From: Arenicellales bacterium
GTDB lineage: Bacteria > Pseudomonadota > Gammaproteobacteria > Arenicellales > JAJDZL01
Direction of reading: 5' to 3'
Assembly (NCBI GenBank): GCA_965220395.1
Contig: CBDCPT010000001.1
Coordinates: 1,652,933-1,716,932, forward strand
DNA: 64,000 nt
The notes under the pieces: model-generated
Databases searched by the model: none
What the model was told of the DNA's origin: nothing
Seen by the model: only the letters and a program-made list of their open reading frames with translations
Made by a program: the position numbers and the translations under genes
In this document: piece after piece, positions 8,645-17,188 of the stretch
Numbering within the stretch: the stretch's first letter is position 1
Layout of the letters: every line of letters starts with the position of its first letter

Positions 8645-9205
8645 ATGGCAAAAAAATATGAAACAACACGATTCGCATGGGCGTTAACCGGTTCAGGTCA
8701 TGATCTAAAGGAATGTCTCGATTTCATTCTCGAACTGGATGGTATTGACATATTCCTGAGTCGAGCTGTAGAGGAGGTGCTGGTTATGTACAAATATATC
8801 GGGCGATTGCGCGAAGCCGGAATACGTATGTTCCATGATTCCACCGCCAGTGCCGTACCGGTAGGCCAGTTCTACGAAAACAACTACCATACTTTGATCG
8901 TCGCACCCGCCACGTCGAACACCGTCGCCAAGTGTGTAGCGGGTATTTCCGATACGCTTGTGACAAATGTATTCGCTCAGGCCGGAAAGTGCCAAATTCC
9001 GATAATCGTCTATGCCTGCGATACGGAGCCAGTCGTAGTCACACCGGCTCCAGGGAAAATGGTGACAGTTTATCCCAGAGAAATTGATCTCAAGTGCACT
9101 AGAAAAATCGGTGAATTCGAGAATACTACTTTGACGACCGACATGAACGGACTGCGAGACGCAGTTCTACAACGAATGCAATGTCTGAAAGAATCCTGTT
9201 CGTGA
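8645..9205 (+). CDS. Flavoprotein of the AfpA/dihydromethanopterin-reductase-like family
   Basis: 186 aa. WALTGSGH...LIVAPATSNTVAKCVAGISDTLV is the flavoprotein (CoaC-like fold) pattern. It sits among pterin/H4MPT-type genes. Confidence 0.55.
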   Translation: MAKKYETTRFAWALTGSGHDLKECLDFILELDGIDIFLSRAVEEVLVMYKYIGRLREAGIRMFHDSTASAVPVGQFYENNYHTLIVAPATSNTVAKCVAGISDTLVTNVFAQAGKCQIPIIVYACDTEPVVVTPAPGKMVTVYPREIDLKCTRKIGEFENTTLTTDMNGLRDAVLQRMQCLKESCS

Positions 9206-10569
9206 CGGGGCGTTTGGCGGAAGCTAGCCTGAAACGAACGCTTGATCATATCGAATCGAGAGATTTTTCCTGTGAAATCCATCAAATCGGTGTCAGCGTC
9301 GCAGCGCTGATCACCGTAGAGATGGTCAAACGGCGACTGAAAGGCGTAGACCAATTTGATCGCATCATACTACCAGGGCTTTGTGCCGGAAATACTGAGA
9401 GTCTTTCAGAACATTTCGGTGTAGAAGTTCTCAAGGGACCAGCAGATCTCAAAGATTTGCCCGAATTCTTTGGATCCGCTTCCAGGAAAGTAGATTTAGA
9501 AAACTATTCGGTCTCAATCTTCGCTGAAATTGTCGATGCTCCCAATATGCGTGTGGATCAAATCATTGAAACCGCACAGGCATACCGAAATTCGGGGGCG
9601 GATGTGATTGACATCGGTTGCCTGCCGGGACAGGATTTTCCGCATCTTGAAGAAACCATTCAGGATCTCAAGCGTAACGGATTTCAAACCAGCATTGATT
9701 CTCTTGAAGAGGATGATCTTCTACGTGGCGGACAGGCAGGTGCTGACTATCTCCTCAGTCTGTCTGAGCGATCACTTTGGATCGCAGACGAAGTAGAAAG
9801 CACTCCGGTATTGATTCCAGATGATGAATCGGATTTCAATTCTTTGTACAGAGCCATTGACGCAATGACAGACAAAGGACGCGAATTTTTTGTCGACCCA
9901 ATCTTGAATCCAATCCATTTTGGATTCACCAAGTCCATCACGCGGTATTACGAACTACGCCATCGATACCCGGATATCCAAATGATGATCGGCACTGGAA
10001 ACATCACCGAACTTACCGACGCAGACACAATGGGAATTACTGCAATTATGATGGGCGTTGCTTCCGAACTCAATGCCAGTGCAATATTGACTACCGAAGT
10101 GAGCGGGCACGCTAAAACGGCAGTTGCAGAGGCGGACCGCGCTCGTCGAATCATGTATGCAGCCAAGAGTGACTCAAGTCTGCCAAGAGGCTATGATGCA
10201 GGATTGCTGGCTCTGCACGAAAAAAAACCGTTTCCTCATTCAGTCGATGAAATTCGGCAATTGGCAGACATGATTCGAGATCCAAGTTTCCGAATTCAGG
10301 TGAGCGACAAAGGCATTCACATCTTCAATCGAGATGGAATGCATGAATCAATGGACCCATATCAGCTCTTTCCAAATCTCAAAGTCGAACAAGATGGATC
10401 GCATGCGTTCTATCTTGGTATGGAACTTGCCAAAGCGCAAATTGCCTGGCTGCTTGGAAAGCGATATGTTCAGGATCGCCCTCTGAGCTGGGGTTGTATC
10501 ACACCAGTGAACTCTCCGGGTGAAGAATATCAGCAGGAAGGTACAACGTTGAAACAATCAAAAAAATGA
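9181..10569 (+). CDS. Dihydropteroate synthase-like protein (H4MPT-pathway type)
   Basis: 462 aa. An N-terminal domain typical of methylotroph DHPS-like proteins is followed by a pterin-binding-like region (GADVIDIGCLPG). Gene context supports the call. Confidence 0.6.
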   Translation: MSERILFVTGRLAEASLKRTLDHIESRDFSCEIHQIGVSVAALITVEMVKRRLKGVDQFDRIILPGLCAGNTESLSEHFGVEVLKGPADLKDLPEFFGSASRKVDLENYSVSIFAEIVDAPNMRVDQIIETAQAYRNSGADVIDIGCLPGQDFPHLEETIQDLKRNGFQTSIDSLEEDDLLRGGQAGADYLLSLSERSLWIADEVESTPVLIPDDESDFNSLYRAIDAMTDKGREFFVDPILNPIHFGFTKSITRYYELRHRYPDIQMMIGTGNITELTDADTMGITAIMMGVASELNASAILTTEVSGHAKTAVAEADRARRIMYAAKSDSSLPRGYDAGLLALHEKKPFPHSVDEIRQLADMIRDPSFRIQVSDKGIHIFNRDGMHESMDPYQLFPNLKVEQDGSHAFYLGMELAKAQIAWLLGKRYVQDRPLSWGCITPVNSPGEEYQQEGTTLKQSKK

Positions 10570-10576
10570 AAAAATA

Positions 10577-11137
10577 ATGATTTACGAAGTCGTCGTAACT
10601 ACGGTCGACAAAATGAACACAGTTCATATCGCACCGATGGGAATTCGACAGGAAGGCGAATGGGTTGTCATTGCACCTTTCAAGCCTTCCCAAACGCTCA
10701 ATAATCTGCAAACCAGCGGCACTGCAGTTGTGAATATAACCGATGACGTTCGCGTATATGCGGGGTGTTTGACGGGAAAAACCAACTGGCCGACGTATTC
10801 CACTTCTGAGGTGAATGGCCACGCGCTTGAAGCGGCCCTGTCTTATCGGGAGCTAAAAGTTGTCAGACAAGTCGACGATTCGCTGCGTCCCAAAATCTAT
10901 CTGTCGGAAGTGTGCAGCACCTTCATAAAGCCTTTTCCAGGATTCAACCGGGCACAAGCGGCTGTAATCGAAGCAGCAATATTGGTGAGCCGACTTCATA
11001 TGCTGTCGGCAGAAAAAGTTGATTCTGAAATGGAGTATCTGGCGATAGCAATCGAAAAGACAGCCGGTGATAGGGAACTCGAAGCCTGGCAGTGGATTGT
11101 TGACGCAATAACCGAATTTCGCAGACGACCGGGTTGA
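10577..11137 (+). CDS. DUF447-family protein (FMN-binding split-barrel-like, H4MPT-cluster associated)
   Basis: MIYEVVVTT...NTVHIAPMG N-terminus, protein size, and its position after the DHPS-like gene. Confidence 0.5.
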   Translation: MIYEVVVTTVDKMNTVHIAPMGIRQEGEWVVIAPFKPSQTLNNLQTSGTAVVNITDDVRVYAGCLTGKTNWPTYSTSEVNGHALEAALSYRELKVVRQVDDSLRPKIYLSEVCSTFIKPFPGFNRAQAAVIEAAILVSRLHMLSAEKVDSEMEYLAIAIEKTAGDRELEAWQWIVDAITEFRRRPG

Positions 11138-11162
11138 CTATTGTGAGTGTAGCGCAAGTACG

Positions 11163-12467
11163 CTAGGCGCGATTTTTAAGAAGATGCGCCCAGCTCAGAT
11201 AGGCCCTAGTGTGAGCCTCCACATCATGGACGCGAAGAATATCAACAGATTGCGAACACATCTGCAGTGATGCGCCGATCGTCTCAATATCAAGATCTGC
11301 ACTTGCGTGATCAGAGAAGGAGCGAAGAAATCGTTTTCTGGAATGTCCCACCACCAATCGATGTCCAAGTTTCCGAAATCGTTTTGTCGAACGCATGAGA
11401 TCCAGAGACTGAAGACTGCTTTTTCCGAATCCAATGCCTGGGTCCACAATAATTCGATGTAAATCCAATCCGTTCGCATCCCATAGTTCCCGTCCCTCTC
11501 GAATCCAGTTTTCGAACACGGCACAAGCATCGGCAGCAGGTTCAAGACTGATTTTGGAATCGACTGGAACCGTAACGCTATGCATGGCAATGAAAATCTT
11601 ATCGCAGGACCGGGCAAGCGCCATCATGTCATTTGACCGCAGGCCGCCCACATCGTTAATCATGTCAACGTTTAGTTCAAGACATTTTTCAGCTGTTGCC
11701 GAATGATAAGTATCCACACTGATTTGCGGAGGGAGTACGGTTTCTTTGACTATTTCCTGAACAAGTTCGAGAGCCGGCTTCAGGCGAGTCCACTCCTCAT
11801 CCGCCGTAAGTGGTGTTGCATTGGGTCGTGTCGATTCGGCACCGATATCAATGATATTGACACCGTTTGAAATCATGTTTTCGACAACGGCGTGCATGTT
11901 TTCGAGATGAGCAAATCTACCTCCATCTGAAAACGAATCCGGGGTAATATTCAGTATTCCCATCCACAAGGGGATATGGAATTCTGATTTGGAAGCACAA
12001 CTGAAATCCAATGCGCTTACACCCTCAGAGCCCGCAATTTTCCACTGCGGTGCCATATGAACAAGCGGTGACAAAACGTAAGGTCTGGAGTAAACGGCTG
12101 AGTCAGGTATCAGTTTGCCATTCAATTTAGTGACAACGCTACCCCAGAAAACGATGTCGATATCCAGATTTCTCGGTTGCCACTTGTTTTCAACTGCCTT
12201 TCCAAGATCGGTTTGAATTTGTTTACTGACTCGATAGAATTTTTCGATGCCCAAGTTGCATTTTCCTTGCACCACCACATTCAAAAAAGGCCGGTTCCAC
12301 GCTGACGGTGAGTTAGGTGGCAATTGTGCTGGCGACTCCACAGCGGGTGAAATTTGCTGAATGGAACAGCCGGCTTTGGATAGATGCTTCAGTCCGGTAC
12401 TGAGATTGTCTCGACGATTGCCAAGATTGGATCCTAGACTGATTACGACATCAGTACTGTCAGCCAT
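11163..12467 (-). CDS. Fused HPPK (FolK-like) and dihydropteroate synthase (FolP-like) protein
   Basis: The N-terminus VISLGSNLGNRRDNL is HPPK-like. The C-terminal half has GILNITPDSFSDGGRF and IIDIGAESTRP, which are DHPS motifs. Confidence 0.8.
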   Translation of the reverse strand: MADSTDVVISLGSNLGNRRDNLSTGLKHLSKAGCSIQQISPAVESPAQLPPNSPSAWNRPFLNVVVQGKCNLGIEKFYRVSKQIQTDLGKAVENKWQPRNLDIDIVFWGSVVTKLNGKLIPDSAVYSRPYVLSPLVHMAPQWKIAGSEGVSALDFSCASKSEFHIPLWMGILNITPDSFSDGGRFAHLENMHAVVENMISNGVNIIDIGAESTRPNATPLTADEEWTRLKPALELVQEIVKETVLPPQISVDTYHSATAEKCLELNVDMINDVGGLRSNDMMALARSCDKIFIAMHSVTVPVDSKISLEPAADACAVFENWIREGRELWDANGLDLHRIIVDPGIGFGKSSLQSLDLMRSTKRFRKLGHRLVVGHSRKRFLRSFSDHASADLDIETIGASLQMCSQSVDILRVHDVEAHTRAYLSWAHLLKNRA

Positions 12468-12498
12468 TGGGGTGATTCGTAATCAACTGACTCAGAAA

Positions 12499-12888
12499 TT
12501 AGTCGTAGCGAATGTAGCGAAATCGCTGATCGGTAGGCGTACCCTCCAAAGAACCGCCTTCAAGACCCGGTTGCCAGTGCACAAATTCTTCAATCTTCTT
12601 GGCCAACTCAAAATCTTTTTCCGTAATGCCTTTCGCCGCATGATTCATCAACTTTACAATTACAAAAGCATACGACGCGGAAATATCAGGATGGTGCCAC
12701 GCCGCTTCAGCTAGATGGCCGACCGCGTTGATCACCATTAGCGTGCCTTTCCAGCCCATGGTTTTGTATTTTCGACGAATCCAGCCATTTTCGTAATACC
12801 AATGAGGTAATTCTTCGGCTAATCTTTTTTCGACAGTTGCCTGATCGAACGTCTCTTCAAGTCTTCGGTCGGTTGTTTCTTCAGACAT
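12499..12888 (-). CDS. Pterin-4-alpha-carbinolamine dehydratase
   Basis: W...KYKTMGWKGTLMVINAVGHLAEAAWHHPDI matches the PCD/DCoH signature. Confidence 0.8.
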   Translation of the reverse strand: MSEETTDRRLEETFDQATVEKRLAEELPHWYYENGWIRRKYKTMGWKGTLMVINAVGHLAEAAWHHPDISASYAFVIVKLMNHAAKGITEKDFELAKKIEEFVHWQPGLEGGSLEGTPTDQRFRYIRYD

Positions 12889-13308
12889 CCCTATTCTCCA
12901 GACGAATAATTTTCATATTGACAGCTTGATTCGTGCAAACTGATGTTTTTACTATAGTCCAGTAGTCTTATTATTACACGAAACCCTTTCGCTATCTGCA
13001 ATTTGCACGCAAACCGGCCACTGTACGAGTCCACTGAAGATGATCAATCCTGTTTCCGAATTCTCCCCTGCCGCAGGGAATACAACCTACTTTCATTGCC
13101 TGAACAAATTAGATAGTGTATACAATCAATATTGGTGGCTGGGTTAAAGCGACAGACGAACCTTGTCCACTGCTTTCACAAGAAATTTTGACTCTTTGCT
13201 CGAACTATCTGTTCTTGTAGACATTTCTTCACACTTGTACTGTAAGTGCAAAGCCGGTTGTAATTGGAACAGACACCTGAATTACGCACACTAGAATTTC
13301 GTGGCTGC

Positions 13309-14145
13309 ATGGCAAACTTAAAATTGAAAATCAACGATCCCGTACGCTTCTATAGTCAACGTGGTCTGGAAAAAGGATTTATCGCATCAGTCTATGGTAC
13401 TAAAGCGACAGTAGTTGCCGAGGACGGCGCCGAATTCGACGTGCCGGTTCTCATACTCAAACCAAGGGAAGGTGTCAAGCCCAAGCGGGTGTATACACAC
13501 AATCAGATGCAACGAACGAAATTCAGTATCGGCGATTCCGTTTTCTTTTGTTCATCGAATGGAAAAATTAACAATGGCACAATTACTCGCATGAATCCCA
13601 AACGCGCACGACTGGAATGTGCGGGAGAAACTTGGGATGTGCCGTACGAAATGCTTGAAAAAGAAACACCTGACCAGCTGGGCATTGAAAATATGCAACA
13701 GCTGGATACAGTAGCCCAGCAAGCAGACGAACTGCTACAGAAGCATCAGCTCACCGACTGGCGATTCACTTATGATGATGCAACGAAGAGAGGTGGAGTC
13801 TGTTTGTACACAGACAAGACAATTAGCATTTCACAGCAATTCTGTCTTAGAGCGGATGAAGTCGAAATCACTGATACGCTATTGCATGAAATTGCACATG
13901 CACTAGTCGGTCCCAATCACGGGCACGACGCCGTCTGGAAGGCCAAAGCGCTGGAGATTGGATGTAGTGGCAACCGAACGCACAATATCCACTTTACACC
14001 ACCAAAATATATTGTTTCCTGTTTCCAGTGCGACTGGCATATCGGACGTGAGAAACGCTCAAGAGGACTTGTCTGCAAACATTGTGGACAGAATGTCACA
14101 TTTGAGCACTATACAAAGGACTTGTGGAATTCGTATCGACTGTAG
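13309..14145 (+). CDS. SprT-like zinc metalloprotease-domain protein with two N-terminal ~50-aa repeats and a C-terminal zinc ribbon
   Basis: LLHEIAHALVGPNHGHDAVW (HExxH) and CFQCDW...CKHCG. ATG 13309 is preferred over the upstream TTG at 13264. Confidence 0.65.
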   Translation: MANLKLKINDPVRFYSQRGLEKGFIASVYGTKATVVAEDGAEFDVPVLILKPREGVKPKRVYTHNQMQRTKFSIGDSVFFCSSNGKINNGTITRMNPKRARLECAGETWDVPYEMLEKETPDQLGIENMQQLDTVAQQADELLQKHQLTDWRFTYDDATKRGGVCLYTDKTISISQQFCLRADEVEITDTLLHEIAHALVGPNHGHDAVWKAKALEIGCSGNRTHNIHFTPPKYIVSCFQCDWHIGREKRSRGLVCKHCGQNVTFEHYTKDLWNSYRL

Positions 14146-14284
14146 ACGGCAACTGCAATTCCGCCACAACTGAAAAATGGGCTTGACTCCAAGCGGTTGA
14201 AGGATTGTCAATGCGCCGGCTTCATTCAAAATTTGGGAATTATATACAATAGTCACAAAACCCTGCCGAATCCGCCTATAATCC

Positions 14285-14316
14285 AAAAAGTGAAGGGGAG
14301 TTATTCACTCCCCTTC
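14285..14316 (-). terminator. Rho-independent terminator-like hairpin between the IS end and the tRNA
   Basis: A 9-bp perfect stem GAAGGGGAG/CTCCCCTTC (14292-14316) with a 7-nt loop. On the minus strand it is followed by CTTTTTGG. Confidence 0.5.
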
Positions 14317-14325
14317 GATAATATT

Positions 14326-14419
14326 GGGCTTGTAGCGGAACGGTATACGCAGGACACTCGGAATGTCCCACTTAGTTGCACAAACAACTAGGTTGTGGGT
14401 TCGAATCCCACCAAGCCTA
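14326..14419 (+). tRNA. Type-II (long variable arm) tRNA with anticodon CGG (Pro codon CCG). Leu-like D arm, A73, no encoded CCA.
   Basis: Manual fold. Acceptor GGGCTTG/CAAGCCT with G1-U72. D arm GCG-GAACGGTATA-CGC. Anticodon arm GGACA-CTCGGAA-TGTCC. 26-nt variable region with an 8-bp stem. T arm GTGGG-TTCGAAT-CCCAC. Discriminator A. Confidence 0.75.
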
Positions 14420-14504
14420 CACCCATTCCGTCATACCGACAAGAAAGACGGACAGTCCAACATTAAACGGTTTCTTGTGTTACAGAATTTTAACACAAGG
14501 ATAT

Positions 14505-14657
14505 TCATTTCTGCGTATTGACGACAACAGGTTGGACTGCTGCTTTTGCAAGTTGCTCAGGTGTAGTCGGGATGTGTATTTTTTCTCTCAATTCAGAGCG
14601 GGACGGCTGGTAAGATTTCGGCTTGACCTTCACAACCGAATCTTTTGAGTGTTTCAT
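14505..14657 (-). CDS. Small basic protein (50 aa) at the distal end of IS element 2
   Basis: ATG 14657 is preceded by GGAG. Sequence MKHSKDSVVKVKPKSYQPSRSELREKIHIPTTPEQLAKAAV.... It occupies the same relative position as 6878-7024 in element 1. Confidence 0.45.
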   Translation of the reverse strand: MKHSKDSVVKVKPKSYQPSRSELREKIHIPTTPEQLAKAAVQPVVVNTQK

Positions 14658-14726
14658 ATTGCTAATCTCCAATTTAGTTGTTGTCGTTGGATTATACAAA
14701 AATAGACAAATATAGTAGAATTCTTA

Positions 14727-14839
14727 TTGCAAACATTTTGAAATCCCCGTAGGTCGGGTTACTTGCCGAATATAACAGCCGTCAAGGTGAATAGGCAAGG
14801 ATTTCTTTTTTTCAAGATATTTGCAACTGCCCGGCACCC
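14727..14839 (-). repeat. Conserved ~110-bp internal module of the IS1595 cargo elements (copy 2)
   Basis: The reverse complement is near-identical to 6094-6205. The inverted arms are TTGCAAACATTTTGAAA (14727-14743) and TTTCAAGATATTTGCAA (14810-14826). Confidence 0.85.
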
Positions 14840-14874
14840 TTTTTACCGAGTCGCAACAACTTGAAGAGAAATCT

Positions 14875-15315
14875 ATGAAGTGCCTGATTATTTTATGCTT
14901 TGTCGGTTTGGTGGCGTTACTGCCACATGTAACTCTCGCCCAGTTTTTTGTGGAAGTCACACCTGAAGAATATGAACAAATGTCGGAGGAGGAACAGGAG
15001 ACATATCGATACAATTTCAAGCAGCACTTTTACAGAATGGAAAGGATAAAAACTGAGGAGGAAATGGAGTACTGGACCGAAGAACAAAAGAAGGCTTGGA
15101 AGACGTTTCAACAAGAGTTATATGGAGGACTTACAATTCAAGAATTAGCGTTTGAGATCCAATATGAAATGCTCGAAAGGTGCAGGCGCATACTTCTTAA
15201 AAATCTAATTGCTATTCGGGCAAATGATAAAGCGAAACAGAAGGAGACGATGGACGATTACTTTCTGTATTCTTGCAGTGAAACAATAGATAGAGCCAGT
15301 GCAACAGAGGATTAA
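14875..15315 (+). CDS. Hypothetical secreted acidic protein (IS cargo)
   Basis: Signal-peptide-like MKCLIILCFVGLVALLPHVTLAQ followed by a Glu-rich helical sequence. No family was recognised. Confidence 0.5.
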   Translation: MKCLIILCFVGLVALLPHVTLAQFFVEVTPEEYEQMSEEEQETYRYNFKQHFYRMERIKTEEEMEYWTEEQKKAWKTFQQELYGGLTIQELAFEIQYEMLERCRRILLKNLIAIRANDKAKQKETMDDYFLYSCSETIDRASATED

Positions 15316-15327
15316 GATGCAGGTAAT

Positions 15328-15975
15328 TTATTGCGCTTCTTGGGGGTTCTGTCCTTTGTCCCACAGAGTCGGGTCTTTCGGCTGACTCTTCCCCGGGTAG
15401 TCCAGTAGGATGTACTGTACTTGTTCCCTCAGGCCGTCGTGGTTTATCGTCTTGTAATACTCCTGCAGTCTCATCGCTGCGTCCACCTGTTCCTTCACGA
15501 ACAGTTCCAGTTCCTGCTGTGCTCTCAATTTCTCCAGCAGTTTCGGGCTTTGTTCCCTCATCGTCTCCAGTAACATCTCCCTCATCGTGCTCTCGGTCAT
15601 CCAGAACGCCCCGCAATCTATCGCTTTCGGTTTCTTTTGCTGCTTCTTCATCGGATTTTGGGACAGAAGCTCGTCCAGTTCCGCAAGCCTTCTCTGAAGG
15701 TGGCGCCAATCCTTCAATGTTTGTGCAAGCTCTTCTCTGGAAGGAAAGGGGCGATCCTTTTCAAGACCCATCGCACCCGGAACTGAAAGTACAGTAAATT
15801 CATCGGAGTTGTCAGAAAAACTGAATCCATCCGTATCTCTTATTGAAAATGAGGCCTGTTCAAGTGTTGTTTTGTAGCGTTCCAGTTTGTTCTTAGTGCA
15901 GACGAGGCTATTCTTGATCTCACGGCGCTCTTGCACCATCAAGCCGAGTTCTACTTGTTCTTGGGTTGCGTTCAT
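15328..15975 (-). CDS. Hypothetical coiled-coil protein (IS cargo)
   Basis: 215-aa ORF with heptad-like charged helical segments. It is co-directional with the transposase. No family was recognised. Confidence 0.5.
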   Translation of the reverse strand: MNATQEQVELGLMVQERREIKNSLVCTKNKLERYKTTLEQASFSIRDTDGFSFSDNSDEFTVLSVPGAMGLEKDRPFPSREELAQTLKDWRHLQRRLAELDELLSQNPMKKQQKKPKAIDCGAFWMTESTMREMLLETMREQSPKLLEKLRAQQELELFVKEQVDAAMRLQEYYKTINHDGLREQVQYILLDYPGKSQPKDPTLWDKGQNPQEAQ

Positions 15976-16033
15976 TGAGAAATACCTATCGGAATCATAT
16001 AGGAATGCTGGTTCCCGTTTATAGAGCCAAACT

Positions 16034-17188
16034 TCATTTCACCAGTTCCGAATACTTCAATCGCTTTCCGACCATTCCAGATGCAACACGTTGTAGCTGA
16101 TTGGCTGTATCTTGTTCGCGGATGTTATTCCGTCCAGCAAATTCCTGGACATACCGCCCTAAATGCTTCTTGGACATTTTATGGTATGTGCCTTTGTGCG
16201 CTCGTTTGAGCATTGCCCAGAAACTCTCGATTCCGTTGATATGCGCCTGTTCTTTCACATACTCGCCAACTGAGTGTTTGACCGAATCGTGATCGAAGTC
16301 TGTCAGCTTCTCATAACTCTTGAAGTCGTCTGTATAGACAGTTGAGCCAGGATCAATGTTTTCATCAATGAAGCCGTGCAGTGTCGGACGCTTTGTATTT
16401 TCGATCACTTTTGCCTTGATCTGCTTGGTCTCTCGCTCCTTTGCGCCGATAACAGTAGTCTTTCCAACTCCACCGCGTCCGGCGTTCAGTTTCTTGTCAG
16501 CGTGCTTGTTCTTCTCCAATCCGCCTATATAGTGTCTGCCAGAAAACGTTTAACACATTGATAATAATGATTAATCATGTCATTCTATAAAGTGAAGATT
16601 TTGCTGGTTTGTGGTATTTGGCAACGAAATTCGCCTTTGAACCCGTTAATCCGCCAAAACCGAAATTTCTTCGTTTGAAAATATCGGATGATTGTTCTTT
16701 ATTATCAATGTGATGTAGAGTTTTCTGACGAACACTATATAGGTTTCGTCTACTTCGATTGTGCCATCAAATTTAATGGATTGAGATTCAAAGGTTTTTC
16801 GTAGACGATGAGCCAAGTGCCAAGCTGATTTTTGAGTGATACCCAAATCTCGATGAAGTTTCATACTGGACACACCCTTGAGATTTGTAGTCAACAGGTA
16901 AATTGCAATCGCCCAAACCTGATAGTTCAGATTTGACCCTTCCATTACCGTACCTGTTTTTAGCGAAAACATCTTCCTGTCTTCGCAATTCCTACAGCGA
17001 TGCGTCATCGTTTTGTGTTTGATATTGGACTGCACATTGTCAGAATTGCAATATGGACAATGCGCGCCATCAGGCCATCGGTGTTCTTCGAACCATTGTC
17101 GAGCAACCTCATTGCTCGAAAACTTGTTCATCAGTTCGATTAAAGTGATACCCTTTCGGTGAGATTTGCCTGGGGCTTTTTGAGTCAT
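16034..17188 (-). pseudogene. IS1595-family transposase split by a ~200-bp insertion
   Basis: The N-terminal part (17188 down to ~16743) ends ...IEVDETYI. The C-terminal part resumes GGLEKNKHADKK... (16524 down to 16034). Both halves align with the intact copy at 4287-5234. Confidence 0.9.
16525..16742. mobile_element. MITE-like non-autonomous insertion (about 202 bp plus a duplicated CTATATAG)
   Basis: The ends TGTCTGCCAGAAAAC (16533-16547) and GTTTTCTGACGAACA (16720-16734) are inverted, matching 12/15. CTATATAG occurs at both junctions (16525-16532 and 16735-16742). There is no ORF inside. Confidence 0.75.

Noticed and set aside
14326-14419. The possibility that the long-arm tRNA is tRNA-Sec, a tmRNA piece, or the host tRNA-Leu attachment site of an integrated island.
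   Set aside because: The anticodon is CGG, not UCA. The D stem is 3 bp, not 6, and the acceptor/T arrangement is 7/5. There is no tag ORF. The gene lies inside the IR/TSD-bounded transposon rather than at an island border, and no integrase is adjacent.
6094-14839. Two ~110-bp sequences in inverted orientation bracketing 8.5 kb, first read as a MITE pair or the boundaries of an invertible segment.
   Set aside because: Each copy lies inside a separately bounded IS1595 element (4190-7052 and 14235-17281). Each has the same orientation relative to its own transposase. The inverted arrangement therefore just reflects the opposite orientation of the two elements.
15212-15709. 165-aa minus-strand ORF in an alternative frame of the coiled-coil gene.
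   Set aside because: It overlaps the longer 215-aa ORF and also the 3' end of the opposite-strand secreted-protein gene (15212-15315). It is Gly/Thr/Glu/Pro-rich low complexity with no start context.
15991-16007. Weak match (about 12/17) to the IS end just downstream of the split transposase, considered as the proximal IR of a ~1.07-kb IS.
   Set aside because: The perfect 30-bp IR pair at 14235 and 17281, with an exact 8-bp flanking duplication, explains the element far better.
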